Source: Candidatus Heimdallarchaeota archaeon B3_Heim (GTDB lineage Archaea; Asgardarchaeota; Heimdallarchaeia; Hodarchaeales; Hodarchaeaceae). Taken from it: a stretch of DNA of 32,000 bases. Every line of letters starts with the position of its first letter. Positions within the stretch are counted from its first letter, which is position 1. Of the stretch, positions 1 to 9,517 are shown in pieces. The position numbers were made by a program, and so were the translations under genes. The stretch spans positions 40,509 to 72,508 of the forward strand of contig NJBF01000022.1 in NCBI GenBank assembly GCA_003144275.1, in the 5' to 3' direction. Under the pieces are notes generated by a model. That model saw only the letters and a list, made by a program, of their open reading frames with translations. It did no database searches and had not been told where the DNA came from.

Positions 1-58
1 CCTTGGATTTAGAAGATTGTTTAATTTTCTAACTCCCCCTTTTTTTGCTTTAGAATAA

Positions 59-526
59 TCATTCGCATTCTCGTATCTGAAAAAGGTTTTTTGCTTCGTC
101 AATATCGATAATAGGGACTGCATTATGAATGCAAGCAAATGATTTACATTTTTTAACCCCAATACCACCCCATTTAACGCCCCAACCTTTTAAAGCACTA
201 AAAATAACAGCGAAATCTTCTCCTTTGTCAGTCAAAGAGTAACCAACACGAATGGGCATTTTTTCACTATGAACAAGTCGGTTAACAACCCCTTGTTCTT
301 CTAATCGACTTAGACTTTCTGATAAAACACGTGCAGATATCTTCTCACTATAATGGCCAAGGATATGTTCTTGTAATTGGCTAAAATATAGTTCTTGGCA
401 CATCAATAATTCACAAATGACGTATAATGTCCATTTACGGCCTAAAATTTTCATTGCAAGGCTAGCTGCACATTCATCAGGTTCTGTTTCATTCATAGTG
501 GTGTTCAACAAAAATTGATCAGTCAT
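59..526 (-). CDS. HxlR/DUF24 (MarR-like winged helix) transcriptional regulator
   Basis: N-terminal Cys (EC-AASLAMKILGRKWTLYVI), then FSQLQ..., ISARVLSESLSRLEEQGVVNR and P-RVGYSLTDKG, matching the HxlR pattern. TATA-like TTTATAA on the minus strand at 554..548. Confidence 0.9.
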   Translation of the reverse strand: MTDQFLLNTTMNETEPDECAASLAMKILGRKWTLYVICELLMCQELYFSQLQEHILGHYSEKISARVLSESLSRLEEQGVVNRLVHSEKMPIRVGYSLTDKGEDFAVIFSALKGWGVKWGGIGVKKCKSFACIHNAVPIIDIDEAKNLFQIRECE

Positions 527-547
527 CCGATTAATAGCTATCTTCCG

Positions 548-556
548 TTATAAATA
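548..556 (-). promoter_or_regulatory. Candidate archaeal TATA box for the HxlR gene (leaderless or short leader)
   Basis: Minus strand reads TATTTATAA, ending about 22 nt upstream of the ATG at 526. Confidence 0.5.
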
Positions 557-567
557 TATCGTCTTTA

Positions 568-580
568 GTAAGTTGCTTAC
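568..580. promoter_or_regulatory. Palindrome GTAAG-N3-CTTAC, candidate operator in the divergent HxlR / membrane-operon intergenic region
   Basis: gtaag ttg cttac at 568-580. Further half-sites ACTTACTTT occur at 646-654 and 665-673. Confidence 0.4.
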
Positions 581-837
581 CATAATATAATGCTATATAC
601 AAGAGATAACGTATTCTTTGTTGGAAACATTTCAACTATCTAGCTACTTACTTTCTAGCAACTGACTTACTTTTTTATTCCCGAAAACTTATTTCCTTGC
701 TTTCTTTTGTCTCTTTGATTCACGCAAAGATTAAAAACGCAGTCTCAGTAATATTAAGCTCGCGTGTAAAAATCTCGAGCAAATTTAACTTTTTACACAA
801 AAATAATTCTAACAATAGAAATATTGAGTTGAAAGTC

Positions 838-1512
838 ATGTCATTACTAGAAACTGATTTGATTGGAGCAATTGTGCTCCTAGTTGTAGGTATTGTGGCG
901 ATTGTATTAGCCCTCTTACTACTGAAGGAATACCTTGCTTCCAAGAAAATGTATCATTTAGCCTGGGCACTTAGCTTTTTAGTTCTTTTTATCTCGGGTG
1001 TTTTGATTATTTTCCTTGGATGGACTGATACTTTAGAAAATCCACTTGTCCCTCCTGTGGCTGCATTGATCCCAGCAGGTCTAGCTATAGGGCTTCTTTA
1101 TGCAGTCTTTGAAGAGAAACAATATGGATTTTATTATGCAATATATTCTCTAGTATTGATTGCTATTTTAGCAGTCATTAAATTAATGGAGCTAGACTTT
1201 GCATCTTTTGTTTTAATGGGTGTTCACATTCCCTCTGGGTTGATAATATCATTTCTACCAGTATACACAGCATTTACTAAAGAAACAGAATGGACAAGTA
1301 TATTCTTTGGAATTGGTGGTTTACTGATTTCATTTGGCGGCGTTTTGCTCGCCTTCGCAACAGTAGAAGGAATGGAAGCAATTTTGCCATTTGAGGATAT
1401 TCTTGTTATCTTACCGTTCTTATTACTCGTCGTTGGAGTATTCTTTGCCCTCGGAATCGGTATTCCATCAAAATGGAAAGTGGAAATACCTGTAATAAGT
1501 GATTTGTTCTAG
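838..1512 (+). CDS. Conserved hypothetical integral membrane protein (about 7 TM)
   Basis: The ORF track opens at TTG 697, but the first ATG (838, MSLLETDLIGAIVLL) precedes the hydrophobic core. About 7 hydrophobic segments; motifs YHLAWALSFLVL and VHIPSGLII. It ends 11 nt before the next gene. Confidence 0.7.
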   Translation: MSLLETDLIGAIVLLVVGIVAIVLALLLLKEYLASKKMYHLAWALSFLVLFISGVLIIFLGWTDTLENPLVPPVAALIPAGLAIGLLYAVFEEKQYGFYYAIYSLVLIAILAVIKLMELDFASFVLMGVHIPSGLIISFLPVYTAFTKETEWTSIFFGIGGLLISFGGVLLAFATVEGMEAILPFEDILVILPFLLLVVGVFFALGIGIPSKWKVEIPVISDLF

Positions 1513-1523
1513 GTGAATAAACA

Positions 1524-3119
1524 ATGAATGTAGAAAATTCTTCTGACTCAAAAATGGATTGGTTAAAGAGAAAGATAAATTACGGTGCTACCTACAAAGG
1601 TATGATTACTTTTACGGTTGTCTGGCTTTTTGTAATAATACTATTTTTATCTACATTTTCTGAACCAATCGAGCTTATACTCGGTCAACCTTTATTGCCA
1701 ATCTCATTATCTGCTGAGGCAGTTGACAGAGCAGGCCGCATTATAATACTTTACCATAGCATAGCGGTACCAGTTGTTGCAGTATGCACATATTTTGTAT
1801 TAATGTTAATGGATGTCCGTGAAAAGTTCAAATCAAGAGTGAAATGGCCCCTGTTCCTTGGAAGTATCTTAACTTCAGCCAGCGGTATATTGTTTGCCTA
1901 TATCTTTCCTGATCAATGGATTTTACATGGTCTATACTTAGTTGGGCTATCATTATGTTTCTATGCAGGAATCATGCTTCTGCTTGGGGTTTTTCCAACC
2001 AAATCCTTTCCGAAACGAGATGCGGACAACAGTCGAAATGTTGTTTTAGGTCAATCCGCAGTGACACTCCTAACTTTCTGTATTTTACTGAGTGTTATTC
2101 TTGGAGGGGCGATAGGATCCTTTTTCGGAAATGGTTTACTTCCCTTACTTGCAGAGTACTTCCTTCGACCTTATGACCATGATAAATACCCAGAACTCTT
2201 CGTAGATGCTATTAAAGCACATTTACACATTATGTTAGCACTTATTGACGTAATTATTTTACTAGTTGTCTATCGATATACTGTACCAGACCAAAAAGGA
2301 AAATGGTATCGAATCTCGATGATTCTTGCTATGCCAGGTATGTTAATTATGTCAATAGGATCTTGGGCTGTTACGTTTAATTCAGTGGTTGTCTATCCTT
2401 TTGATATGCATTACTTGATTTATGTTGGTGCTGCCATTCTTGTGACCGTTGGCCTAATTTTGGCATTAACGGGCTGGAATAAAATGAGTAAAAAAGCTCT
2501 TGGTGATAACTATGAATCTGCGTCATGGTTTGCTCGGTCTAAGGCTGTTTTCAGTGATCCTGTGAAATTTACGCTTTACTTTCAGCTAATATGGGTAAAT
2601 TTCGTAATGACTTTTGGCGGAATATTCCTAGCCCTCAGTCTCCGTGGACCGACTGACCCAGAAGGAGAATCTCCATTCACAAAAGTGCTTGATATAGTAG
2701 CTTTTCGAGATGGACCCTTAGCAGTTGAAACTACAGTTGCAAGGGGTCATTGGCACATCTTAGCCACATTATCTGCAATCATGTTGGTACTTCTACTGAC
2801 TGATGTTCTAAATATACAGGGCACTACCCGAAAGGTGATGGGTTGGCTGTCATTTGCAGGTAATATTGTCGCATTTGGTCTTGGAATGATATATTTGTAT
2901 TATCCTCACTTTGATCAAGACTGGGCGGTGAATTTGAATAAGTATGTAGATGTTAGAGAGTTTTGGGCGGACCAAAAATTATTCGGGTTTGGAAATTGGC
3001 TTCCCCTTGTGATGGATTTTGGAATAATGCTTCTTATTATCGTAATAACAATTTTCTGCTTCCACCAGTTAATTCAGATAATAAAAGGTAGACATGATGT
3101 CAAACAATGGCCAGAGTGA
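1524..3119 (+). CDS. 12-TM heme-copper oxidase homology (HCO/NOR/NnrS-like fold) membrane protein, non-canonical
   Basis: About 12 hydrophobic segments in three 4-TM units. His in TM2 (LYH78S), TM6 (AH233LH235IM) and TM10 (GH409WH411IL), plus H135 (TM4) and H296 (TM8). No HH pair in TM7. Directly upstream of ctaB. Confidence 0.6.
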   Translation: MNVENSSDSKMDWLKRKINYGATYKGMITFTVVWLFVIILFLSTFSEPIELILGQPLLPISLSAEAVDRAGRIIILYHSIAVPVVAVCTYFVLMLMDVREKFKSRVKWPLFLGSILTSASGILFAYIFPDQWILHGLYLVGLSLCFYAGIMLLLGVFPTKSFPKRDADNSRNVVLGQSAVTLLTFCILLSVILGGAIGSFFGNGLLPLLAEYFLRPYDHDKYPELFVDAIKAHLHIMLALIDVIILLVVYRYTVPDQKGKWYRISMILAMPGMLIMSIGSWAVTFNSVVVYPFDMHYLIYVGAAILVTVGLILALTGWNKMSKKALGDNYESASWFARSKAVFSDPVKFTLYFQLIWVNFVMTFGGIFLALSLRGPTDPEGESPFTKVLDIVAFRDGPLAVETTVARGHWHILATLSAIMLVLLLTDVLNIQGTTRKVMGWLSFAGNIVAFGLGMIYLYYPHFDQDWAVNLNKYVDVREFWADQKLFGFGNWLPLVMDFGIMLLIIVITIFCFHQLIQIIKGRHDVKQWPE

Positions 3120-3161
3120 ATAACTAAAAAAAAGATACTAAAAATGGAACGATAGATACCA

Positions 3162-4103
3162 ATGACAAACATTGACTCCCCAGATCAACTACAGGCATAT
3201 GAACAAGCATCGATTGCCACTACCACGACCACACCATATTTCCTTTATGGAGAACTGATTAAAAGTAAGCAAACATTCTTGTTAGTTTATACAACCTTTT
3301 TTGCTTACTTAATTAGTGCGTGGTCGACTGGTTTTGACTTGAATGTATTCCTGTGGTTGAATGTGGGGGTCTTTTTTGCAATCTCGGGAAGTACATTATT
3401 GAATATGTATATTGATCGAGATATTGATGCACTAATGGAAAGAACAAGAGATCGTCCACTACCTATGGGAAAGATTTCACCCGGGACGGTTCTTCGCCAC
3501 GGTCTACTTTTCACATTTACTGGTCTTCTAGCAATAGCAATATTTGTGGACTACTTGACATTGACTGTCGTCTTTCTTGGTGCCTTTTTTGATGTAGTTG
3601 TTTATTCACTCTTATTAAAACGTAGAACTCGATATTCCATCATTTTTGGAGGAATTGCGGGTGGTTTACCAGCACTAGCTGGATCTACTGCAGCATCAGC
3701 ATCGATAACTTCAGCTGGTCTTTTAATGGGTTTGTTTGTTCTTTGTTGGATTCCTTTGCATATTTTAACTCTTGCATTGCTTCCAAAGAACTTAGAAGGT
3801 TATCAAAAAGCACAAATTCCCATGTGGCCCGTAATTCGAAGTAAAACTCAAACAATACAAGTTATTACATTGTCAGCTATTCTGAGCACTGTACTGATTG
3901 CACTAACAGGAATTGTATTGAATATTCGGCTATTACCTCTATTACCATTATTTGCATTCTGCATCTATATGATATGGCTCTCGGTTTTAAACCTCAGAAA
4001 ACCAACACAAGTTCGTACATTTAGGATCTTTAAGCTTGCATCAATGCTGATGGCATTCGCATTTTTCTGGCTCTTATTAGGAGTAATTGTATCTCCGTAC
4101 TAG
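3162..4103 (+). CDS. ctaB: Protoheme IX farnesyltransferase (heme O synthase, UbiA family)
   Basis: ELIKSKQTFLLV, LNMYIDRDIDALMERTRDRPLPMG, VVYSLLLKRRT, GGIAGGLPALAG and WIPLH are CtaB/CyoE signature motifs. Confidence 0.93.
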   Translation: MTNIDSPDQLQAYEQASIATTTTTPYFLYGELIKSKQTFLLVYTTFFAYLISAWSTGFDLNVFLWLNVGVFFAISGSTLLNMYIDRDIDALMERTRDRPLPMGKISPGTVLRHGLLFTFTGLLAIAIFVDYLTLTVVFLGAFFDVVVYSLLLKRRTRYSIIFGGIAGGLPALAGSTAASASITSAGLLMGLFVLCWIPLHILTLALLPKNLEGYQKAQIPMWPVIRSKTQTIQVITLSAILSTVLIALTGIVLNIRLLPLLPLFAFCIYMIWLSVLNLRKPTQVRTFRIFKLASMLMAFAFFWLLLGVIVSPY

Positions 4104-4231
4104 AAATGGTCGTGTAGTTACGAGGAATTATCCTTCTAATTCTTCTCCTCTTTTTTATCTTACCGCTCTTTCGCGAGTGTTAGTAGTCTCGGGTAAAAAT
4201 CTCACCTCAATTTGATTAGGAAGATTTCTAA

Positions 4232-5050
4232 ATGAATATAAGCAGCAAAGTTCGATTAAATAACGGGAGAAAAATGCCTGTTCTTGGACTGGGAGTCTAT
4301 CAGATAAGACCCAATCAAGCTAAGCAGGTTTTTCAATGGGCTATAGATATGGGATACCGATTATTTGATACCGCCAGCCTTTACGGAAATGAAAAAGAGG
4401 TTGGACAGGCAATTTTAAAAAGTACTGTAACTCGGAGTGAATTTTTTATAACATCTAAACTCTGGAATACTGATCAAGGTTACAACAACGCACTTTCGGC
4501 TTTTGAAAATAGTATGGATCAATTTGGTTTGGATTATATAGATTTATATTTAATTCATTGGCCTGTTACTAATTTAAGGTTAGAATCTTGGACTGCACTT
4601 GAATCGTTGGTTGAAACTGAAAGGGTGAAAGCCGTTGGAGTCAGTAACTATATGATCAACCATTTAGAAGAACTTTTACAAAAGTGTTCAGTTATTCCAG
4701 TAATAAATCAGGTTGAATTTCATCCTTGGCTGTATAAAAAAGCTCTTCTGAAGTATTGTGAAGAGAATCGAATTCAATTGCAAGCGTATAGCCCATTAAC
4801 AAAAGGCCAGAAACTCGGAGATAAAAAATTAAAGAAAATTGGAGATAAGTATGGAAAATCTCCTTCACAGATCCTCATTCGTTGGTGCTTACAACACAAT
4901 GTTCCAACTATCCCAAAAAGTGCTAATAAACAACATTTAGAACAAAATATCAATGTTTTTGATTTTCACCTTACTCAGAAGGATATGATGAAACTAGATT
5001 TAATGAATCAAGATTATTCAGTAACCTGGGATCCAAGAGATTATCCTTAA
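4232..5050 (+). CDS. Aldo/keto reductase (2,5-diketo-D-gluconate reductase-like)
   Basis: MPVLGLGVYQ, GYRLFDTASLYGNE, FITSKLWN, LDYIDLYLIHWP, GVSNY, NQVEFHP and IPKS motifs. Confidence 0.93.
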   Translation: MNISSKVRLNNGRKMPVLGLGVYQIRPNQAKQVFQWAIDMGYRLFDTASLYGNEKEVGQAILKSTVTRSEFFITSKLWNTDQGYNNALSAFENSMDQFGLDYIDLYLIHWPVTNLRLESWTALESLVETERVKAVGVSNYMINHLEELLQKCSVIPVINQVEFHPWLYKKALLKYCEENRIQLQAYSPLTKGQKLGDKKLKKIGDKYGKSPSQILIRWCLQHNVPTIPKSANKQHLEQNINVFDFHLTQKDMMKLDLMNQDYSVTWDPRDYP

Positions 5051-5073
5051 TTTCGTTACAAAAATGGTTTACT

Positions 5074-5574
5074 TTAAACATCGACGAATTTATATTCATA
5101 ATTAGATTTGTCAATATTTAAAATCATCACGGTGTTTTTGGGGGCAAATCTTTTATCAGTTGGTGAACCAGGATTTAACATTAAAATTTCATTTCTGATT
5201 TCAGCTGTTGGATGATGTGTGTGTCCTGATACTATAATATGGGGGTTATCATTTTGAAAAAGATCTTGTACCCTTGAAATGTAACCTGATGGACTCCCAT
5301 TACCGTGAGTCAGACCTATCTCAAGCTCTTCCACCTTGAACGTTAGTTTTGGAAGGAATTTTTGTTTCACTTCCCAGCTGCACATATTCCCATACACAGC
5401 TTTAAGAGGAGCTATCGCTTCCAAAGTATCTGCAACATCAAGTTTTTCAAAATCGCCTGCGTGTAGGATCATATCGACGTCTTTAAACGCTGCTAGTACT
5501 GATTGTGGTAATTTTCCACTCCGTGATGGAATATGGGTATCTGAAATCAAACCTAAAACTTTCAAAAGCGTCAA
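5074..5574 (-). CDS. Metallophosphoesterase, YfcE/MJ0936 family
   Basis: ISDTH, LHAGDF, VYGNM, THG, SGHTH and LNPGS calcineurin-like motifs. Confidence 0.9.
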   Translation of the reverse strand: MTLLKVLGLISDTHIPSRSGKLPQSVLAAFKDVDMILHAGDFEKLDVADTLEAIAPLKAVYGNMCSWEVKQKFLPKLTFKVEELEIGLTHGNGSPSGYISRVQDLFQNDNPHIIVSGHTHHPTAEIRNEILMLNPGSPTDKRFAPKNTVMILNIDKSNYEYKFVDV

Positions 5575-5624
5575 TTCACCTTACTTATAGTTGATTGGGT
5601 CGTTAAAATAAAATTTTACATTGG

Positions 5625-7106
5625 TTAACCAAAGATCAGTGACTTAATAACAACTGGAAAAACCCGATCTTCAAAAAGTGGCTTCCCACAATCAATGAAA
5701 TCTCCTTCCTTTACCGAAATTTCGTCCAGAGAAAGAATTTCATTCGTAATACCTGTTTCTCGTTTCAATACATTTCCAACAGAGTTTCCGATATCCGTTT
5801 GAAATACTAGAAAGATAGGTTTGTCTTCCTGAACAGACTTGGGTAATCCTTTTACAATTCCAAGTGAAAAAATTGTCAATTTATCATAAACAGATCGAAC
5901 AGGGTCAATGAACGCAAGAACAAAATTGCTTTCCCCTTCTATAATATCCATTCTCTTCAGTGAGTTTTGAATCTGGTGTGCGACATAATCGATTGATAAT
6001 TGATTTCGATCGATTTGGGGAATTACTACAGGTAAATTGCGGATTGGAAGATCAATTTTACTCCGGTCTTTTGAAATGAATGTTGTAGAACCACTTACAT
6101 TTAATGTATGCCCGCTTGCGCCAATAACAGTTGCTCGTATCTTTTCTGGAGTTTCAATCCGCTCAAAAGCATGTTTTGCTAAGAGAGATCGAATTTGTGT
6201 TCCTAATATTTTACCAAGATCATTAAATTCTTGGTCAGTTTTACTATAGATATATTCAGCAACTCCACCTGAGAAACTGACTGCAGGGTTGTTATTATAA
6301 CTTTCAAGAGGAAGATTTTCAGTCATCATAAGTTCTTGGGTAAGATTAGAAAGTTCTTTTCCTTTTAAGACCTCTAAAAGTGAGTGAGCCAACTTTTCAC
6401 TCACAAGTGCTTTTTCTTCCAGAGTTAATTTATCACCTAACCTCTGAGAAAGATTGCATGCCTCCAAAACCGAACTACCTGCAGGTTCCAGTCGAATAAT
6501 CTCATCAGCATCATTAAATGCAAGTAATCTACCACCAACATTGATACAAGCTGTCGCAGTAATAATTCCATTTTCAATAACAGCAATATTAGAGGTTCCC
6601 CCACCAACATCTGTATGAATAATCTTTTTGCCATGGCTTTCAGAAAAAGTCACTGCACCTGAGCCGTATGCAGATATCATTGATTCAAAATTCGGTCCAG
6701 CCGTGCTTGCAACAAAATTGCCTAATTCGGCTTCTTTTGCTAAGAACTGAACAATTTTTTCGGCATTTTTACGTTTTGCTGCCTCTCCAGTAATAATGAC
6801 TGCACCAGATTCAATAGTTGCGGGATTAATATTCGCTTTCTGGTATTCTCTTAAAAGGGCGGGAAGTAATTGGTCAATGTCTATTTCATTAGAGGAAAGT
6901 AGGGGTGTGAAAATTATATCACCACGATATTTGATTATACGCTCTGAAACATAAAATTTCTCGGTATTAGATGATGGATCCTTTTTAAGTACTAATTCCG
7001 AAAAAACTAAATGAGAAGTACTAGTTCCAACATCTACCCCAACAGAATTCATTCGTTTCTCTGCAACTCTAATTGTCATTAATAATTTGGCTTCCTGTAT
7101 TTCCAT
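5625..7106 (-). CDS. eutA: Ethanolamine ammonia-lyase reactivating factor EutA (ASKHA ATPase)
   Basis: SVGVDVGTSTSHLVFS, GAVIITGEAAKRKNA, AGPNFESMISAYGSGA, DVGGGTSNIA, FSGGVAEY, RATVIGA and PVVIKSLIF. Alternative start at ATG 7079. Confidence 0.88.
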   Translation of the reverse strand: MEIQEAKLLMTIRVAEKRMNSVGVDVGTSTSHLVFSELVLKKDPSSNTEKFYVSERIIKYRGDIIFTPLLSSNEIDIDQLLPALLREYQKANINPATIESGAVIITGEAAKRKNAEKIVQFLAKEAELGNFVASTAGPNFESMISAYGSGAVTFSESHGKKIIHTDVGGGTSNIAVIENGIITATACINVGGRLLAFNDADEIIRLEPAGSSVLEACNLSQRLGDKLTLEEKALVSEKLAHSLLEVLKGKELSNLTQELMMTENLPLESYNNNPAVSFSGGVAEYIYSKTDQEFNDLGKILGTQIRSLLAKHAFERIETPEKIRATVIGASGHTLNVSGSTTFISKDRSKIDLPIRNLPVVIPQIDRNQLSIDYVAHQIQNSLKRMDIIEGESNFVLAFIDPVRSVYDKLTIFSLGIVKGLPKSVQEDKPIFLVFQTDIGNSVGNVLKRETGITNEILSLDEISVKEGDFIDCGKPLFEDRVFPVVIKSLIFG

Positions 7107-7226
7107 TGCTACAATTTAGGGGAATCGACTCATGTTTCGATGAATATGGGTAGTTACAAAAAGGTACTGGTATTGACATCTAGAGTTAAACGTCGTACAA
7201 TCCCCACAGCAGAAAAATAGAATTGA

Positions 7227-9287
7227 TCATTTTTTGTAGACTGCTGGCCCAAACCTTTGATTCTTCATTTTAATACGCGGGCTTGTGAAGCTACAGGTTG
7301 GATACTGTGAACAACCATAAAATTTCTCCCCCGTACGCGAATTGGTTCTTTCTCGGAGATTACCAACAGTACAAACTGGACATGAATAAGAAGAATCATT
7401 GGATTTAAATTTTCGTCTATTTTGAGAGGATTTATGTATAAACTTCGTACTACTACTCGTTCCTAGACCTGAAAATGCTTCTTTCAATAGAACCTGTAGT
7501 TCTTGGAGCTGTGAAACTAATTGTTTGTGAAGTGAAATATATTCGAAGCGGATGGTTTCTAACATTGATTCATACGAACATTTTTCAGTAGCTACCTCAT
7601 CCATACGGATTTCTACTTGCCGAGTGAACTTAGGGGTTACCAAATCAGGCCAAATTGAATCAAATATTTTGATAAGGTTTTTTCCAGTGAGTGTACTCTC
7701 ATATGACGTTCCTTGACGTTTAATATATTTTCTCATTTCCAACTTTTTGATGATTTCAGGACGGGAGGATTTAGTACCAATTTTAAGTTTTTCCAGCCGT
7801 TTTATGAGTGCTGCATCTCCCCAACGTGCAGGTGGTTTAGTTTTGAATTTTTCTGACCGAATATTTCTGACTTGGACAATTTGACCCTTTTCAAAGGAAA
7901 AAGATGGAGTTTCGCGAGGTCTTCTCCAAATCATTGCCTCAGTCCATCCAAATGACTCTGTGTTTTGATACTTTTGACTAAATGGTTCTTCTTTTATGGA
8001 TAATGTAACAGTTCCACGCTGCTGAAGAAGATCGTGCATAAACATACCGATATACCAACGAGCAATAAATGTCCAACTCTTCAAATGAGAGGGGGTAATC
8101 TTAGTTCCGATTTGAGGAATCGCACCCGTGGGGTGAATCGGATCATGATCTTCTGTACCTTGCTTACGACCATTTGTCCTAACTTGGATCATACTTTCAA
8201 TTTGTTGGAAAAAAGTTTTGTAAGGATCATGCTTTTGGAGTTTAACCAGGATATCTTTATGTGGAAAGTTGTCCTTGAATTTTCTATTTTCTGTACGGGG
8301 GTAGGAAATGTATCCCTGTTGGTAAAGAATTGCCAGAATAGATAGTGCTTCTTCAGCTTTTACCTTTAAGTTCTGTGATATGAGCGCAATAGCATCAGTC
8401 GTATTCATTGGACGAGGAGGAGGGATACGAATTTGTCTTCGTTGAAATGAAGTAATTTTTGCTAATGTTGACTTCTGTAACTTATCAAGAATCTCCTGTA
8501 CTTTCGTCTCCTTCGTGAATGGAGAGCGGTCGTGTTGTACAGAGGCAAGAACATTCTTTCTACCATCATCCAATAGGTCCGCAAGAACATTGTACTTTTG
8601 TTGAGCAAGAAAGGCCGTTCGCTCATTGTCTCGATCAACGATCAACTTGAGTGTAGGTAATTGGACACGACCCACAGATAAAACCAGTCCTCTTTCTTTT
8701 CTAACTTTACGTGCGGTCATAGTAACCTCACGAGTGCCAGCAAATCCTACCCATGCATCAATTGTGCGACGTCCTTGAACTGCTAAGGCTGGATTGACCG
8801 ACCAAGAAGTTAGCTGATTAAATGCTCTCAGAATTTCTACTGACGTTAAAGAAGAGTTCCAAATACGACGTGTCTTCGATTTTAACTTAGGATTTGATCG
8901 TATTGCTATATTATAGGCTTCAAAAGCAATATTATCTCCCTCGGAATCCGGATCTGTGGCTAACCACAATTCATCAGTTTTACTGGCCAACTCTCTTATT
9001 ATTTTTCGAAATTCATAGTTTTCTTTAACAACAAGGGCTTTAGGATCCTGTACGAGTGCAATTGGGGGACATTCTCCCCATCCAAATCCCTTTTTAGTAT
9101 CAATATTTGTTATATGCCCCGATAGAGGTAGAAATGTTAATGTGTCTCCTTTCCATTCTCCTGTACGGATATAAACCCGTTTTCCAACTTTTTTAGTCAT
9201 CACAGCTGTAAACAACGTTTCACAAAAAGTTCGTACTTGAGAAGCTTTTTCTCCAATCACGAGAACCTGTTTTCCTTGTTTCGACAT
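7227..9287 (-). CDS. topA: Type IA DNA topoisomerase (archaeal TopA/Topo III type) with C-terminal zinc ribbon
   Basis: Toprim VIGEK and LATDPDSEG, SVGRVQLPTL, catalytic GYISYPRT, HDPIHPT, GTKSSR and terminal CPVC...GCSQYPTC. Confidence 0.92.
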   Translation of the reverse strand: MSKQGKQVLVIGEKASQVRTFCETLFTAVMTKKVGKRVYIRTGEWKGDTLTFLPLSGHITNIDTKKGFGWGECPPIALVQDPKALVVKENYEFRKIIRELASKTDELWLATDPDSEGDNIAFEAYNIAIRSNPKLKSKTRRIWNSSLTSVEILRAFNQLTSWSVNPALAVQGRRTIDAWVGFAGTREVTMTARKVRKERGLVLSVGRVQLPTLKLIVDRDNERTAFLAQQKYNVLADLLDDGRKNVLASVQHDRSPFTKETKVQEILDKLQKSTLAKITSFQRRQIRIPPPRPMNTTDAIALISQNLKVKAEEALSILAILYQQGYISYPRTENRKFKDNFPHKDILVKLQKHDPYKTFFQQIESMIQVRTNGRKQGTEDHDPIHPTGAIPQIGTKITPSHLKSWTFIARWYIGMFMHDLLQQRGTVTLSIKEEPFSQKYQNTESFGWTEAMIWRRPRETPSFSFEKGQIVQVRNIRSEKFKTKPPARWGDAALIKRLEKLKIGTKSSRPEIIKKLEMRKYIKRQGTSYESTLTGKNLIKIFDSIWPDLVTPKFTRQVEIRMDEVATEKCSYESMLETIRFEYISLHKQLVSQLQELQVLLKEAFSGLGTSSSTKFIHKSSQNRRKFKSNDSSYSCPVCTVGNLRERTNSRTGEKFYGCSQYPTCSFTSPRIKMKNQRFGPAVYKK

Positions 9288-9470
9288 TCTTTCTATTCAT
9301 TCCAGACATAGGGAGTAATTAACATCTCTATTACGACAAACATTATAGGATACTAAGATCAGTGAAGAAATTAGACCACCAAATGAATATTGATTAGAGA
9401 GTAAACCTCTCCCTCTTCTTTAAAAAGATAGTGGCATGATTTGTTTGTTTCTATTTTTTGTTTACATTCC

Positions 9471-9485
9471 AAAAAAATTTATATA
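9471..9485 (+). promoter_or_regulatory. Candidate BRE/TATA promoter
   Basis: AAAAAAA followed by TTTATATA (9478-9485), about 32 nt upstream of ATG 9518. Confidence 0.55.
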
Positions 9486-9517
9486 GTCCAAAGATTGGAA
9501 ACATATTTGTGATATAA

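Noticed and set aside
697-837. 46-codon N-terminal extension from TTG 697
   Set aside because: Low-complexity N/K-rich translation of AT-rich intergenic DNA; ATG 838 directly precedes the first TM.
1524-3119. Calling this a canonical cytochrome c/quinol oxidase subunit I or NorB
   Set aside because: It lacks the TM7 His-His pair and the HPEVY/HLWVEG-type TM6 motif, and no subunit II/NorC is nearby.
5074-5574. Vps29 (retromer) eukaryotic signature protein
   Set aside because: All catalytic metallophosphoesterase motifs are intact, as in ordinary archaeal MJ0936/YfcE proteins, and nothing specific to Vps29 is visible.
7227-9287. Reverse gyrase or an unusual topoisomerase
   Set aside because: No helicase domain; a standard Toprim + catalytic Tyr + single zinc ribbon architecture.
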